The translations under genes were made by a program, and so were the position numbers. The notes below the pieces were generated by a model. The model was given only the letters and a program-made list of their open reading frames with translations, made no database searches and was not told the origin of the DNA. Positions 20,086 through 28,252 of a DNA stretch of 40,632 nt are shown piece after piece. Source of the DNA: Rhodospirillales bacterium (lineage in GTDB: Bacteria; Pseudomonadota; Alphaproteobacteria; Rhodospirillales; 2-12-FULL-67-15); contig SHWG01000003.1 of the NCBI GenBank assembly GCA_009693905.1, positions 1-40,632 on the forward strand, written 5' to 3'. Numbering within the stretch: the stretch's first letter is position 1; every line of letters begins with the position of its first letter.

Positions 20086-21240
20086 ATGACCACGCATGAC
20101 GTCGTGTGCTCCGCGCGCACAAGCCCGCGTACCGCTAGCGCGATCGTCACCGTCGATCTCGACGCCCTGGCCGCCAACTGGCGGCTGCTGAAAGCGCGGC
20201 TCGCGCCGGGCGCCGACTGCGCCGCGGTGGTCAAGGCGGACGCCTATGGCCTCGGCGCCAAGCAGATTGCGCCCGCGCTCCGCCGGGCCGGCTGCCGTAC
20301 GTTCTTCGTCGTCACCCTCGACGAGGGCCTCGATCTCGCGCCCGTGGTGCCGGGCTGTTCGATTTACGTGCTGGCGCCGCCGCTGGCCGGCAACGAAGCC
20401 GCGATCGCGGCGGCGGGCCTGATTCCGACGCTCAACAGCTTGGGCGACGTCGCGGCGTGGTCGGCCTTCGCCCGCGCCGCGGGACGCCCGCTGCCCGCCG
20501 CGTTGCACGCGGATACCGGCATGCGCCGGCTCGGCTTCGCTCCGGCCGAGATGGCGGTTTTGACCCGCGAACCGGAGCGGCTGGCGGGGCTCGACGTCCG
20601 TTTGTTCCTCAGCCATCTCGCCTGCGCCGACGAGCCCCGCCATCCCCTCAACGCCGAACAGCTCACCGCTTTCGTCGCCGCCAAGGCCCGCCTCGCCGCC
20701 GCCGGGGTCGCGCCCCGGGCCTCGCTCGCCAATTCCTCGGGCATTTTTCTCGGCCCCGAATATCACTTCGATCTCGTCCGCCCTGGCGCCGCGCTCTACG
20801 GCATCGCGCCGGTGCCCGGCCAGCACCAGCCGATGGCGCCGGTCGTGCGCGTGCAAGCGAAAATCCTTCAGGTCCGCGACGTTGACGCTCCCGCGACCGT
20901 TGGCTATGGTGCCACGCATCGTTTCTCTCGGCCGAGCCGGATCGCCACCGTCGCCGCCGGCTATGCCGACGGGTATCCGCGTTCGTTAAGCAGCGTCGGA
21001 ATTTGCTTCGTCGGCGAACATCGGGCTGCCGTCGTGGGACGGGTTTCCATGGATCTGACGACGATCGACGTGACCGGAATCCCCGAGAACCTCGTCCGGC
21101 CGGGAATGTTCATCGACCTGATCGGCCCCTTGAACCCGCTCGACGAAGTCGCCGCCGCCGCCGGCACCATCGGCTACGAACTGCTGACCCGGCTCGGGCG
21201 CCGCGCGCATCGCGTCTGGCAAGGGGGCGGTACGCCATGA
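20086..21240 (+). CDS. alr: Alanine racemase
   Basis: AVVKADAYGLG (PLP lysine), DTGMRRLG, SHLACAD, RPGAALYG, GYADG, GRVSMD, TIGYELLT. Confidence 0.97.
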   Translation: MTTHDVVCSARTSPRTASAIVTVDLDALAANWRLLKARLAPGADCAAVVKADAYGLGAKQIAPALRRAGCRTFFVVTLDEGLDLAPVVPGCSIYVLAPPLAGNEAAIAAAGLIPTLNSLGDVAAWSAFARAAGRPLPAALHADTGMRRLGFAPAEMAVLTREPERLAGLDVRLFLSHLACADEPRHPLNAEQLTAFVAAKARLAAAGVAPRASLANSSGIFLGPEYHFDLVRPGAALYGIAPVPGQHQPMAPVVRVQAKILQVRDVDAPATVGYGATHRFSRPSRIATVAAGYADGYPRSLSSVGICFVGEHRAAVVGRVSMDLTTIDVTGIPENLVRPGMFIDLIGPLNPLDEVAAAAGTIGYELLTRLGRRAHRVWQGGGTP

Positions 21241-22013
21241 ATTTCCTCCAGCCCATCGGCCACGTCGTCCTCGACTTCTTCGCCACCACAGGACGACTTA
21301 CGCTGTTCGCCATCGACGGCGTCACGCACTGTTTCCGCCCGCCGTTCTACGGGCGCATGATCGTCCGCCAAATGGTCGAGATCGGCTATTTCTCGCTTCC
21401 CGTCGTCGGCCTGACCGCCATCTTCACCGGCATGGTGCTGGCGCTGCAAAGCTACACCGGCTTCGCCCGCTTTTCGGCCGAGGCGGCGATCGCCAACGTC
21501 GTCGTCGTCGCCGTCACCCGCGAGCTCGGCCCGGTGCTCGCCGGCCTGATGGTCGCGGGCCGGGTCGGCGCCGCCATGGCCGCCGAGATCGGCACCATGC
21601 GCGTCACCGAGCAGATCGACGCGCTGACCACGCTTTCGACCAACCCGATGAAATACCTGGTCGCGCCGCGCCTGATCGCAGGCGTCGCCATGCTGCCGAT
21701 CCTGGTGCTGATCGCCGACATCATCGGCGTGCTCGGCGGATTTCTCGTCGCCAGTTACAAGCTCGGCTTCAACCCGACCAACTATCTCCAAAGCACCTGG
21801 AATTTCATGGAAGTCGAGGATGTGGTCTCGGGCTTGGTCAAGGCCGCCGTGTTCGGCTTCATCGTCACGCTGATGGGCTGCTATCACGGCTATACCTCGC
21901 GCGGCGGCGCGCAAGGCGTCGGCGCCGCCACCACCAACGCCGTCGTTACCGCCTCGATCCTGATCCTCTGCTTCGACTACATCCTGACCGAAATGTTCTT
22001 CGCCGGAAAATGA
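21237..22013 (+). CDS. mlaE: MlaE family ABC permease
   Basis: RELGPVLAGLMVAGRVGAAMAAEIGTMRVTEQIDAL, GAQGVGAATT; ATG 21237 overlaps the alr stop. Confidence 0.94.
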   Translation: MNFLQPIGHVVLDFFATTGRLTLFAIDGVTHCFRPPFYGRMIVRQMVEIGYFSLPVVGLTAIFTGMVLALQSYTGFARFSAEAAIANVVVVAVTRELGPVLAGLMVAGRVGAAMAAEIGTMRVTEQIDALTTLSTNPMKYLVAPRLIAGVAMLPILVLIADIIGVLGGFLVASYKLGFNPTNYLQSTWNFMEVEDVVSGLVKAAVFGFIVTLMGCYHGYTSRGGAQGVGAATTNAVVTASILILCFDYILTEMFFAGK

Positions 22014-22795
22014 GCGCCCCCGCCGCCCAGGCCGTGAAAATCCGCATCCGCGGCTTGAAGAAAGCGTTCGGCCGCAAGGTCGTGCTCGACGGCATCGATC
22101 TCGACGTCGGCGTCGGCGAATCGCTGGTCGTCATCGGGGGCTCGGGCACCGGCAAATCGGTCCTTATCAAATGCGTGCTCGGCATCCTCCAGCCCGACTC
22201 CGGCAGCGTCCAGGTGGATGGCGAGGAAGTGGTCGAGATCGACGCCGACGGGCGCGAGCGGATCAACGACAAGTTCGGCATGTTGTTCCAGGGCTCGGCC
22301 CTGTTCGACAGCCTGCCGGTGTGGGAGAACGTCGCCTTCGGCCTGCTCGCGCGGAAGAAGGTGACCCGCGCCCAGGGCCGCGAAATTGCGTTGGCCAAAC
22401 TCGCCCAGGTCGGCCTCGGACCCGAGGTCGGCCAGCTTTCTCCGTCCGAGTTGTCCGGCGGAATGCAGAAGCGCGTCGCGCTCGCCCGCGCCATCGCCGC
22501 CGATCCGGAGATCATTTTCTTCGACGAGCCGACCACCGGGCTCGACCCGATCATGGCCGACGTCATCAACGACCTGATCGTCAAGATCACCCGCGAGGTC
22601 GGCGCGACCGCGCTTTCGATCACCCACGACATGGCGAGTTCGCGCAAGATCGCGCACCGCATCGCCATGCTCTACAACGGGCGGATCATCTGGAACGGCC
22701 CCCCCGCCGCGATCGATAACTCCGGCAATCCGTTCGTCGATCAGTTCGTCCACGGCCGCGCCGAAGGCCCGATCAAGATGGCGGTGCGGGCTTAG
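22010..22795 (+). CDS. mlaF: MlaF family ABC ATPase
   Basis: GGSGTGKS, FQGSALFDSL, LSGGMQKRVALARA, DEPTTGLDP. Confidence 0.93.
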   Translation: MSAPAAQAVKIRIRGLKKAFGRKVVLDGIDLDVGVGESLVVIGGSGTGKSVLIKCVLGILQPDSGSVQVDGEEVVEIDADGRERINDKFGMLFQGSALFDSLPVWENVAFGLLARKKVTRAQGREIALAKLAQVGLGPEVGQLSPSELSGGMQKRVALARAIAADPEIIFFDEPTTGLDPIMADVINDLIVKITREVGATALSITHDMASSRKIAHRIAMLYNGRIIWNGPPAAIDNSGNPFVDQFVHGRAEGPIKMAVRA

Positions 22796-22797
22796 TC

Positions 22798-24228
22798 ATG
22801 GCCCGCGCCACGTCCCAGTTCGTCTGCCAGCAATGCGGCGCCGCCGCGCCCAAGTGGGCCGGCCGGTGCGAATCCTGCGGCGCCTGGAACACGCTCGTCG
22901 AGGAGACGGTCGAGGCCCGGCCCAAGGCGCTCGGCGGCACCTTCGGCGGCAAAGGCAAGGGCCGCGCCCTCCCCTTCGTCGGCTTGAGGGGCGAGCGCGC
23001 GCCGGCGCCCCGACTCGGCGTCGGCATCGCCGAGTTCGACCGGGTCCTCGGCGGCGGGCTGGTCGCCGGCTCGGCGATTCTGGTCGGCGGCGATCCCGGC
23101 ATCGGCAAGTCGACGCTGCTGCTCCAGGCCGCCGCCCGCGTCGCCGCGAGCGGGCACGACGCGATCTATATTTCCGGCGAGGAGGCGATCGACCAGATCC
23201 GCCTGCGCGCCGAACGCCTCGGTATCGCCCAGGCACCGGTCCGGCTCGCGGTCGCGACCCAGGTCGGCGACATCGCCGCGTCGCTCACCGACGGCACTTC
23301 GCCCGAATTCGTGGTCATCGATTCGATCCAAACCCTGTTCGTCGAGACGCTCGAGTCCGCGCCCGGCACGGTGGCCCAGGTGCGCGCCTCGGCGCACGAA
23401 CTGATCCGGCTCGCCAAGCGCCAGGGTTTTGCCCTCGTCCTCATCGGCCACGTCACCAAGGAAGGCCTGATCGCCGGCCCGCGCGTGCTCGAACACATGG
23501 TCGACACGGTGCTCTACTTCGAGGGCGAGCGGACGCACCGCTTCCGCATCCTGCGCGCGGTCAAGAACCGCTTCGGCCCCGCCGACGAGATCGGCGTCTT
23601 CGCCATGGGCGACGAAGGCCTGGCCGAGGTCCCGAACCCGTCGGCGCTGTTCCTCGCCGAGCGCGGGCCGGACGCCCAACCCGGCGCCTCAGTCTTCGCC
23701 GGGATCGAGGGCACGCGCCCGGTCCTGGTCGAGATCCAGTCGTTGATCGCCCCGGCCCAACCGGGCACGCCCCGGCGCGCGGTGGTCGGCTGGGACTCGG
23801 GCCGGCTTGCGATGGTGCTCGCGGTGCTCGAAGCCCGCGCCGGAATCTCGTTCGCCAATCAGGACGTCTACCTCAACGTCGCGGGCGGGCTCCGGGTCTC
23901 CGAACCGGCGGCCGATCTCGCCGCCGCCGCGGCGCTGGTTTCCTCGCTCGCCGGAACCGCGGTGCCGGCGGACACGGTGGTGTTCGGCGAAATCGGACTG
24001 TCGGGCGAAATCCGCCCGGTCGCCCACACCGAGGTCCGCCTCAAGGAAGCGGCCAAGCTCGGGTTCAAGCGCGCGCTCGCGCCCGCCCCACACCGCGCCG
24101 GCGCCCAGCCCGCGCGCATTCCCGGAATCATCGTGCGCGAACTCCGGCACGTGACCGAACTCGCCGCCCTGTTCGCGGCGAAGACGCTGCCGCGGGCGGT
24201 CGCGGCCAAGGATGCCAGCCATGCCTAA
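22798..24228 (+). CDS. radA: DNA repair protein RadA/Sms
   Basis: C4 zinc finger, GDPGIGKSTLLLQ, GPRVLEHMVD, KNRFG, GEIGLSGE. Confidence 0.98.
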   Translation: MARATSQFVCQQCGAAAPKWAGRCESCGAWNTLVEETVEARPKALGGTFGGKGKGRALPFVGLRGERAPAPRLGVGIAEFDRVLGGGLVAGSAILVGGDPGIGKSTLLLQAAARVAASGHDAIYISGEEAIDQIRLRAERLGIAQAPVRLAVATQVGDIAASLTDGTSPEFVVIDSIQTLFVETLESAPGTVAQVRASAHELIRLAKRQGFALVLIGHVTKEGLIAGPRVLEHMVDTVLYFEGERTHRFRILRAVKNRFGPADEIGVFAMGDEGLAEVPNPSALFLAERGPDAQPGASVFAGIEGTRPVLVEIQSLIAPAQPGTPRRAVVGWDSGRLAMVLAVLEARAGISFANQDVYLNVAGGLRVSEPAADLAAAAALVSSLAGTAVPADTVVFGEIGLSGEIRPVAHTEVRLKEAAKLGFKRALAPAPHRAGAQPARIPGIIVRELRHVTELAALFAAKTLPRAVAAKDASHA

Positions 24229-24919
24229 CATCGCCGGCATCCACGGTCTCGACATCGCCGTCGCGGCGCTCTTGTTCGTCTCGGCCGCGTTCGCCTACTT
24301 CCGCGGCTTCGTCCACGAGGTTCTCTCGATCACCGGCTGGATCGGCGCCGCCGCCGCGTCGATCTACGGCTTCCCTTACGCCCGGCCGTTCTTCCGCCAG
24401 GCGATCTCCAACCCGTTGTTCGCCGACATCGCCGCGGGATCGGCGTTGTTCCTGGTCTCGCTCGTTATCCTGTCCCTGCTCGCCCGCGCGATCTCGGGCC
24501 GGGTCAAAGCGAGCGCGTTGGGTGCGCTCGATCGCGCGCTCGGGTTTCTGTTCGGGCTCGCGCGTGGCGCCCTGGTCGTGGTCCTCGCTTTTCTCGTCTA
24601 CATGCTCGCGGTTCCGGCGGGTGAACGCCCCGACTGGGTCCTGAAAGCGCGGGCAACGCCCTTGATGGGCGCCGGCGCCCATATCCTGGTCGGGCTCTTG
24701 CCGCCGGCGACCGCCGAGCGGCTCGGGATTCGCCAAGGCGGCCCGCTCGACGATCCCGCATCCCGCACCCGAACGCCCGAGCCTTCCGCCCGGGATCTGC
24801 TCCAGCCCCGGCCCCAGGCGCCCGAGCGCGCCCCCCCGGAGGGCTACAGCGAGAAGGAGCGCCAGGACATGCAGCGCCTGATCGACGGCGCCGCGCCCAA
24901 GGGCGAGAAACGCCAATAA
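24221..24919 (+). CDS. cvpA: CvpA (colicin V production) family membrane protein
   Basis: RGFVHEVLSI, LDRALGFLFGLARG; upstream of purF; AAGGA RBS favours the 24221 start. Confidence 0.92.
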   Translation: MPNIAGIHGLDIAVAALLFVSAAFAYFRGFVHEVLSITGWIGAAAASIYGFPYARPFFRQAISNPLFADIAAGSALFLVSLVILSLLARAISGRVKASALGALDRALGFLFGLARGALVVVLAFLVYMLAVPAGERPDWVLKARATPLMGAGAHILVGLLPPATAERLGIRQGGPLDDPASRTRTPEPSARDLLQPRPQAPERAPPEGYSEKERQDMQRLIDGAAPKGEKRQ

Positions 24920-25002
24920 CCCCGAGATCATGGGCGAGTGACAGGGCCCCTGGGGAGGAGTAAAAGAACGCTTCGCTAGAACGTACCGGGCGCCTCAGTC
25001 CC

Positions 25003-26469
25003 ATGACCCGACACCTTCCCTTCACCCGAGAGATCGACGACGATCACCCGAAGGAAGAGTGCGGCCTGTTCGGCATCTACGGCCACACCGACGCCGCGCC
25101 CTTGACCACGCTCGGCCTGCACGCCCTTCAGCACCGCGGCCAGGAGGCGGCCGGCGTCGTCAGCTACGACGGCGCCCACTTCCACAGCCACCGCGCGCTC
25201 GGCCTGGTCGGCGACAACTTCAACCAGGAATCGGTCATCCGCCGCCTCGTCGGCGCCATGGCGATCGGCCATGTTCGCTACGCCACCACCGGGGAGACGG
25301 TGCTGCGCAACGTCCAGCCGCTGTTCGCCGACTTCGCCTTCGGCGGGCTCGCCATCGCCCACAACGGCAACCTCACCAACGCCTACGCGCTCCGGCGCGC
25401 CCTGGTCGAGCGCGGCTGCATCTTTCAGTCCACCACCGACACCGAGGCCATCGTCCATCTCATCGCCATCAGCGACCAGACCCGGGTCGTCGACCGGATC
25501 GTCGATGCGCTGCGCCAGGTCGAGGGCGCGTACTCGCTGGTGGCGCTGACCCGGGCCAAGCTGATCGGGATGCGCGATCCCCATGGCGTGCGCCCGCTGG
25601 TCCTCGGCCGGCTCGGGCCGGCCACCATCCTCGCCTCCGAGACCTGCGCCCTCGACATCATCGGCGCCACCTACGAGCGCGACGTCGAGCCGGGCGAGAT
25701 CGTGGTGATCGACAAGGACGGCCTTCGCAGCTACAAGCCCTTCGCCAAGTCGCCCCGGCGCTTCTGCATCTTCGAGTACGTCTACTTCTCCCGCCCCGAC
25801 AGCGTGATCGACGGCCGCAACGTCTACGCGGCGCGCAAGCGCATCGGCCACGAACTCGCCCGCGAGAGTCACGTCCCCGCCGACGTGGTCGTGCCGGTGC
25901 CGGATTCGGGCGTGCCCGCCGCGATCGGCTACGCCGAGGAATCGCGGGTGCCGTTCGAGCTCGGCATCGTCCGCAACCACTACGTCGGCCGCACCTTCAT
26001 CGAGCCGACCGACCAGATTCGCCACCTCGGTGTCCGCCTCAAGCACAACGCCAACGCCGCCTACCTCAAGGACAAGCGCGTGATCCTGGTCGACGACTCG
26101 ATCGTGCGCGGCACGACCTCGGTCAAGATCGTCGAGATGGTCCGCAACGCCGGCGCGAGCGAAGTGCACCTGCGCGTCTCGAGCCCGCCGACCACGCACC
26201 CCTGTTTCTACGGCATCGACACGCCCGAGCGCGACAAGCTGCTCGCCGCCCGCCACGACGTCGAAAGCATGCGCCGGTTCATCGGCGCCGATTCGCTCGC
26301 CTTCGTCTCCCTCGACGGGCTCTACCGCGCGGTCGGCGAGCCCGGCCGGCTCGCCAACGCGCCGCAATACTGCGACGCCTGCTTCAGCGGCGAATATCCG
26401 ATTCCGCTTTCCGACCACGACGGCGGCAACGTGCCGAAGCAGCTTTCGCTGCTCGCCGAGACGGAATGA
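25003..26469 (+). CDS. purF: Amidophosphoribosyltransferase
   Basis: EECGLFG, LQHRGQE, GHVRYAT, HNGNL, CIFEYVYF, VDDSIVRGTT, CDACFSG. Confidence 0.98.
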   Translation: MTRHLPFTREIDDDHPKEECGLFGIYGHTDAAPLTTLGLHALQHRGQEAAGVVSYDGAHFHSHRALGLVGDNFNQESVIRRLVGAMAIGHVRYATTGETVLRNVQPLFADFAFGGLAIAHNGNLTNAYALRRALVERGCIFQSTTDTEAIVHLIAISDQTRVVDRIVDALRQVEGAYSLVALTRAKLIGMRDPHGVRPLVLGRLGPATILASETCALDIIGATYERDVEPGEIVVIDKDGLRSYKPFAKSPRRFCIFEYVYFSRPDSVIDGRNVYAARKRIGHELARESHVPADVVVPVPDSGVPAAIGYAEESRVPFELGIVRNHYVGRTFIEPTDQIRHLGVRLKHNANAAYLKDKRVILVDDSIVRGTTSVKIVEMVRNAGASEVHLRVSSPPTTHPCFYGIDTPERDKLLAARHDVESMRRFIGADSLAFVSLDGLYRAVGEPGRLANAPQYCDACFSGEYPIPLSDHDGGNVPKQLSLLAETE

Positions 26470-27215
26470 GTCGTCTCAACGGCCGGGTCGCGCTGGTCAC
26501 CGGGGCCTCGCGGGGCATCGGCCGGGCGGTGGCGGTGGCGCTGGCCCGCGAAGGCGCCCATGTGGTGGCGCTGGCGCGCACCTCGGGCGCGCTCGAAGAA
26601 CTCGACGACGAAATCTGCGCCCTCGGCGCGAGCGCAACCGGCGGACTTGCGCGCGCGGAGCGCAATATAACCATCGTTCCGCTCGATCTGCTCGACTTCG
26701 CCGGGATCGACCGGCTGGGGGCGGCGTTGTTCGAGCGCCACCGGAAACTCGATATCCTGGTCGGGGCGGCGGCCGAACTCGGACCCTTGAGCCCGCTTCC
26801 CCACGTCCAGCCGGATGCGTTCGAGCGCACCCTCGCCCTCGACCTTACCGCCAACTACCGTTTGATCCGCGCCCTCGATCCGCTGCTCCGGGCTTCGGAC
26901 GCGGCGCGCGTTCTGTTCGTCACCGGAGGAGTCCCCGAGGGCGTGCACGCGGCCTACTGGGGCCCTTACGCCGCCGCCAAGGCCGGGCTCGAAGCGATGG
27001 TCCGCGCGTACTCAGCCGAGATCGCCAACACCCAAATCCGGGTCAACCTGGTGGACCCGGGCCCCACCCGGACCCAGCTTCGCGCCCGCGCGTTTCCGGG
27101 CGAAAGCCTCCAACACCTGCGGACGCCGAAGGACGTCGCCCCGGCCTTCGTCGAATTGGCGTGTTCGGCGGAGACGCGAAGCGGCGAGATCATCCGGCTG
27201 GCGGCGAAAGCCTGA
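26466..27215 (+). CDS. Short-chain dehydrogenase (YciK-like, purF-associated)
   Basis: ATG 26466 overlaps the purF stop; VTGASRGIG, YWGPYAAAKA, RARAFPGE. Confidence 0.9.
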   Translation: MSRLNGRVALVTGASRGIGRAVAVALAREGAHVVALARTSGALEELDDEICALGASATGGLARAERNITIVPLDLLDFAGIDRLGAALFERHRKLDILVGAAAELGPLSPLPHVQPDAFERTLALDLTANYRLIRALDPLLRASDAARVLFVTGGVPEGVHAAYWGPYAAAKAGLEAMVRAYSAEIANTQIRVNLVDPGPTRTQLRARAFPGESLQHLRTPKDVAPAFVELACSAETRSGEIIRLAAKA

Positions 27216-27237
27216 CACCGCCGGCACACGCCTTGCG

Positions 27238-27270
27238 CCGGAGATGCATCGGAAGTGCACCGGAGATGCA
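27238..27270. repeat. Three tandem 11-bp repeats
   Basis: CCGGAGATGCA / TCGGAAGTGCA / CCGGAGATGCA; further CCGG units follow at 27271 and 27281. Confidence 0.85.
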
Positions 27271-27286
27271 CCGGGTAAAACCGGCT

Positions 27287-27299
27287 TAAGCCGTTGATA
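27287..27299 (-). promoter_or_regulatory. IHF consensus binding site
   Basis: Minus strand TATCAACGGCTTA is an exact match to WATCAANNNNTTR; it overlaps the 12-bp palindrome CGGCTTAAGCCG (27282-93). Confidence 0.6.
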
Positions 27300-27321
27300 T
27301 CGCTCGAAACAGCCCTGTACG

Positions 27322-27341
27322 TGTCAACATTTGTCAACATT
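27322..27341. repeat. Perfect tandem 10-bp direct repeat
   Basis: TGTCAACATT x2; each copy contains TTGACA on the minus strand. Confidence 0.9.
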
Positions 27342-27442
27342 TTCGTATTCCGGCAGGAAAGGCGCGGCCAAGATCGCCGGCGCGGAGACGACGCGGCAAA
27401 AAAGCTTTTCACTTATCCAAGAACGCGGAATCGTTGGCGCGA

Positions 27443-27473
27443 AATATATACCCTATCATAGGAATATTGTCAA
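27443..27473 (-). promoter_or_regulatory. Orphan sigma70-like promoter with palindromic spacer
   Basis: Minus strand TTGACA (27473-68), then TATATA after 17 nt or TATATT after 19 nt; CCTAT-C-ATAGG dyad (27452-62) in the spacer. Confidence 0.55.
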
Positions 27474-27538
27474 TACACTTGGGAAGGATTTGCAAAATCC
27501 CGGCTGTGGATGGAATCTAACGCTTCGCTCCCACTCCT

Positions 27539-27605
27539 CGTCATGCCCGGCCTTGTGCCGGGCATCCACGAGCCGTGGATCGCCGGGACAAGCCCGGCGA
27601 TGACG
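27539..27605. repeat. REP-like palindromic element (GTCATGCCCGG...CCGGCGATGAC type)
   Basis: CGTCATGCCCGGCCTTGTGCCGGGCATCCACG-agc-CGTGGATCGCCGGGACAAGCCCGGCGATGACG: two inverted hairpin units. Resembles dispersed alphaproteobacterial repeats (recalled, not searched). Confidence 0.85.
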
Positions 27606-27643
27606 GATGGATAGATCGGGTATCAAACGTTAGAACCGTACCC

Positions 27644-27754
27644 CTAGTACCCGGAATCACCAATTCGTGCGTGAGGTACGCGATGCTAACTGACTCTCAA
27701 CATTCAGCTTTCCGCATCGGCCCTGACTCCCGAATTTGCGATAGTGGGTACTAG
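27644..27754. mobile_element. 111-bp MITE-like element with CTAG ends
   Basis: 24-bp terminal inverted repeats CTAGTACCCGGAATCACCAATTCG vs CTAGTACCCACTATCGCAAATTCG (19/24 identical); no coding capacity. Confidence 0.75.
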
Positions 27755-28014
27755 GACGATTTCTCTTTCTGGAAGAGAAGGATATAGCCGCCGCCCCAGG
27801 TCCACATCCCGATGGTCAATATCAAGACGACAATCTGAAGCAAGAACACAAATATATTTCGCTCACTATGCGGTACTATCTGATGACAGTGAAAGCCATC
27901 TTGATTGCCTTTATCGATGGCATTTTCAAGAGCTCTTCGCGGATTTGTCGCTATCAACCCAATCAGACCACCTGCCAACGAGATGCGAACTACTCGATTT
28001 ACGTACATTGCCAT
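27751..28014 (-). CDS. Small hypothetical membrane protein (87 aa), low GC
   Basis: GGGAGGA RBS; hydrophobic segment IFVFLLQIVVLILTIGMWTWGGG; natural amino-acid composition; visibly AT-richer than its flanks. Confidence 0.75.
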   Translation of the reverse strand: MAMYVNRVVRISLAGGLIGLIATNPRRALENAIDKGNQDGFHCHQIVPHSERNIFVFLLQIVVLILTIGMWTWGGGYILLFQKEKSS

Positions 28015-28110
28015 ATTCCTCCCTACATTGCTTCGCTTTATGACCGCTCATGGTCGATTATCGAGAACACTAAACGTCAGCCCCGGAAAGAACCGCGAAC
28101 CGCGGGCGAT

Positions 28111-28179
28111 TCAATACCCAGCCTCTTTGTCGTGGCGCACCGCGAGGATCGCCGCCAGCTTGCCGTCATGGCGATAGAG
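28111..28179 (-). pseudogene. 3' remnant of a RelE/ParE-family toxin gene
   Basis: Reads LYRHDGKLAAILAVRHDKEAGY-stop, like the ParE-type C-terminus (LYR...ILAVRHxxEAGY); cut off at the repeat starting at 28181. Confidence 0.7.
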
Positions 28180-28180
28180 C

Positions 28181-28211
28181 CCCTCATGCCGAGCCTGTCG
28201 AAGCATGAGGG
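28181..28211. repeat. REP-like hairpin (CTCATGCxGAGCCTGTCGAAGCATGAG type)
   Basis: CCCTCATGC / GCATGAGGG 9-bp stem around CGAGCCTGTCGAA. Confidence 0.7.
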
Positions 28212-28252
28212 CAAACCGAGACAGTGCCTCTGGGCCTGAATTTTGCCGCGCT

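Noticed and set aside
25059-27215. 718-aa SDR fusion
   Set aside because: Only the last 249 aa (from ATG 26466) are SDR; the rest is an alternate frame of purF.
27322-27341. Pho box for the phosphonate genes
   Set aside because: The period is 10 bp rather than 11, the unit is TGTCAAC rather than CTGTCAT, and it lies 3.4 kb from the transporter.
27238-27345. CRISPR mini-array
   Set aside because: Repeats are 10-11 bp and contiguous, with no spacers and no cas genes.
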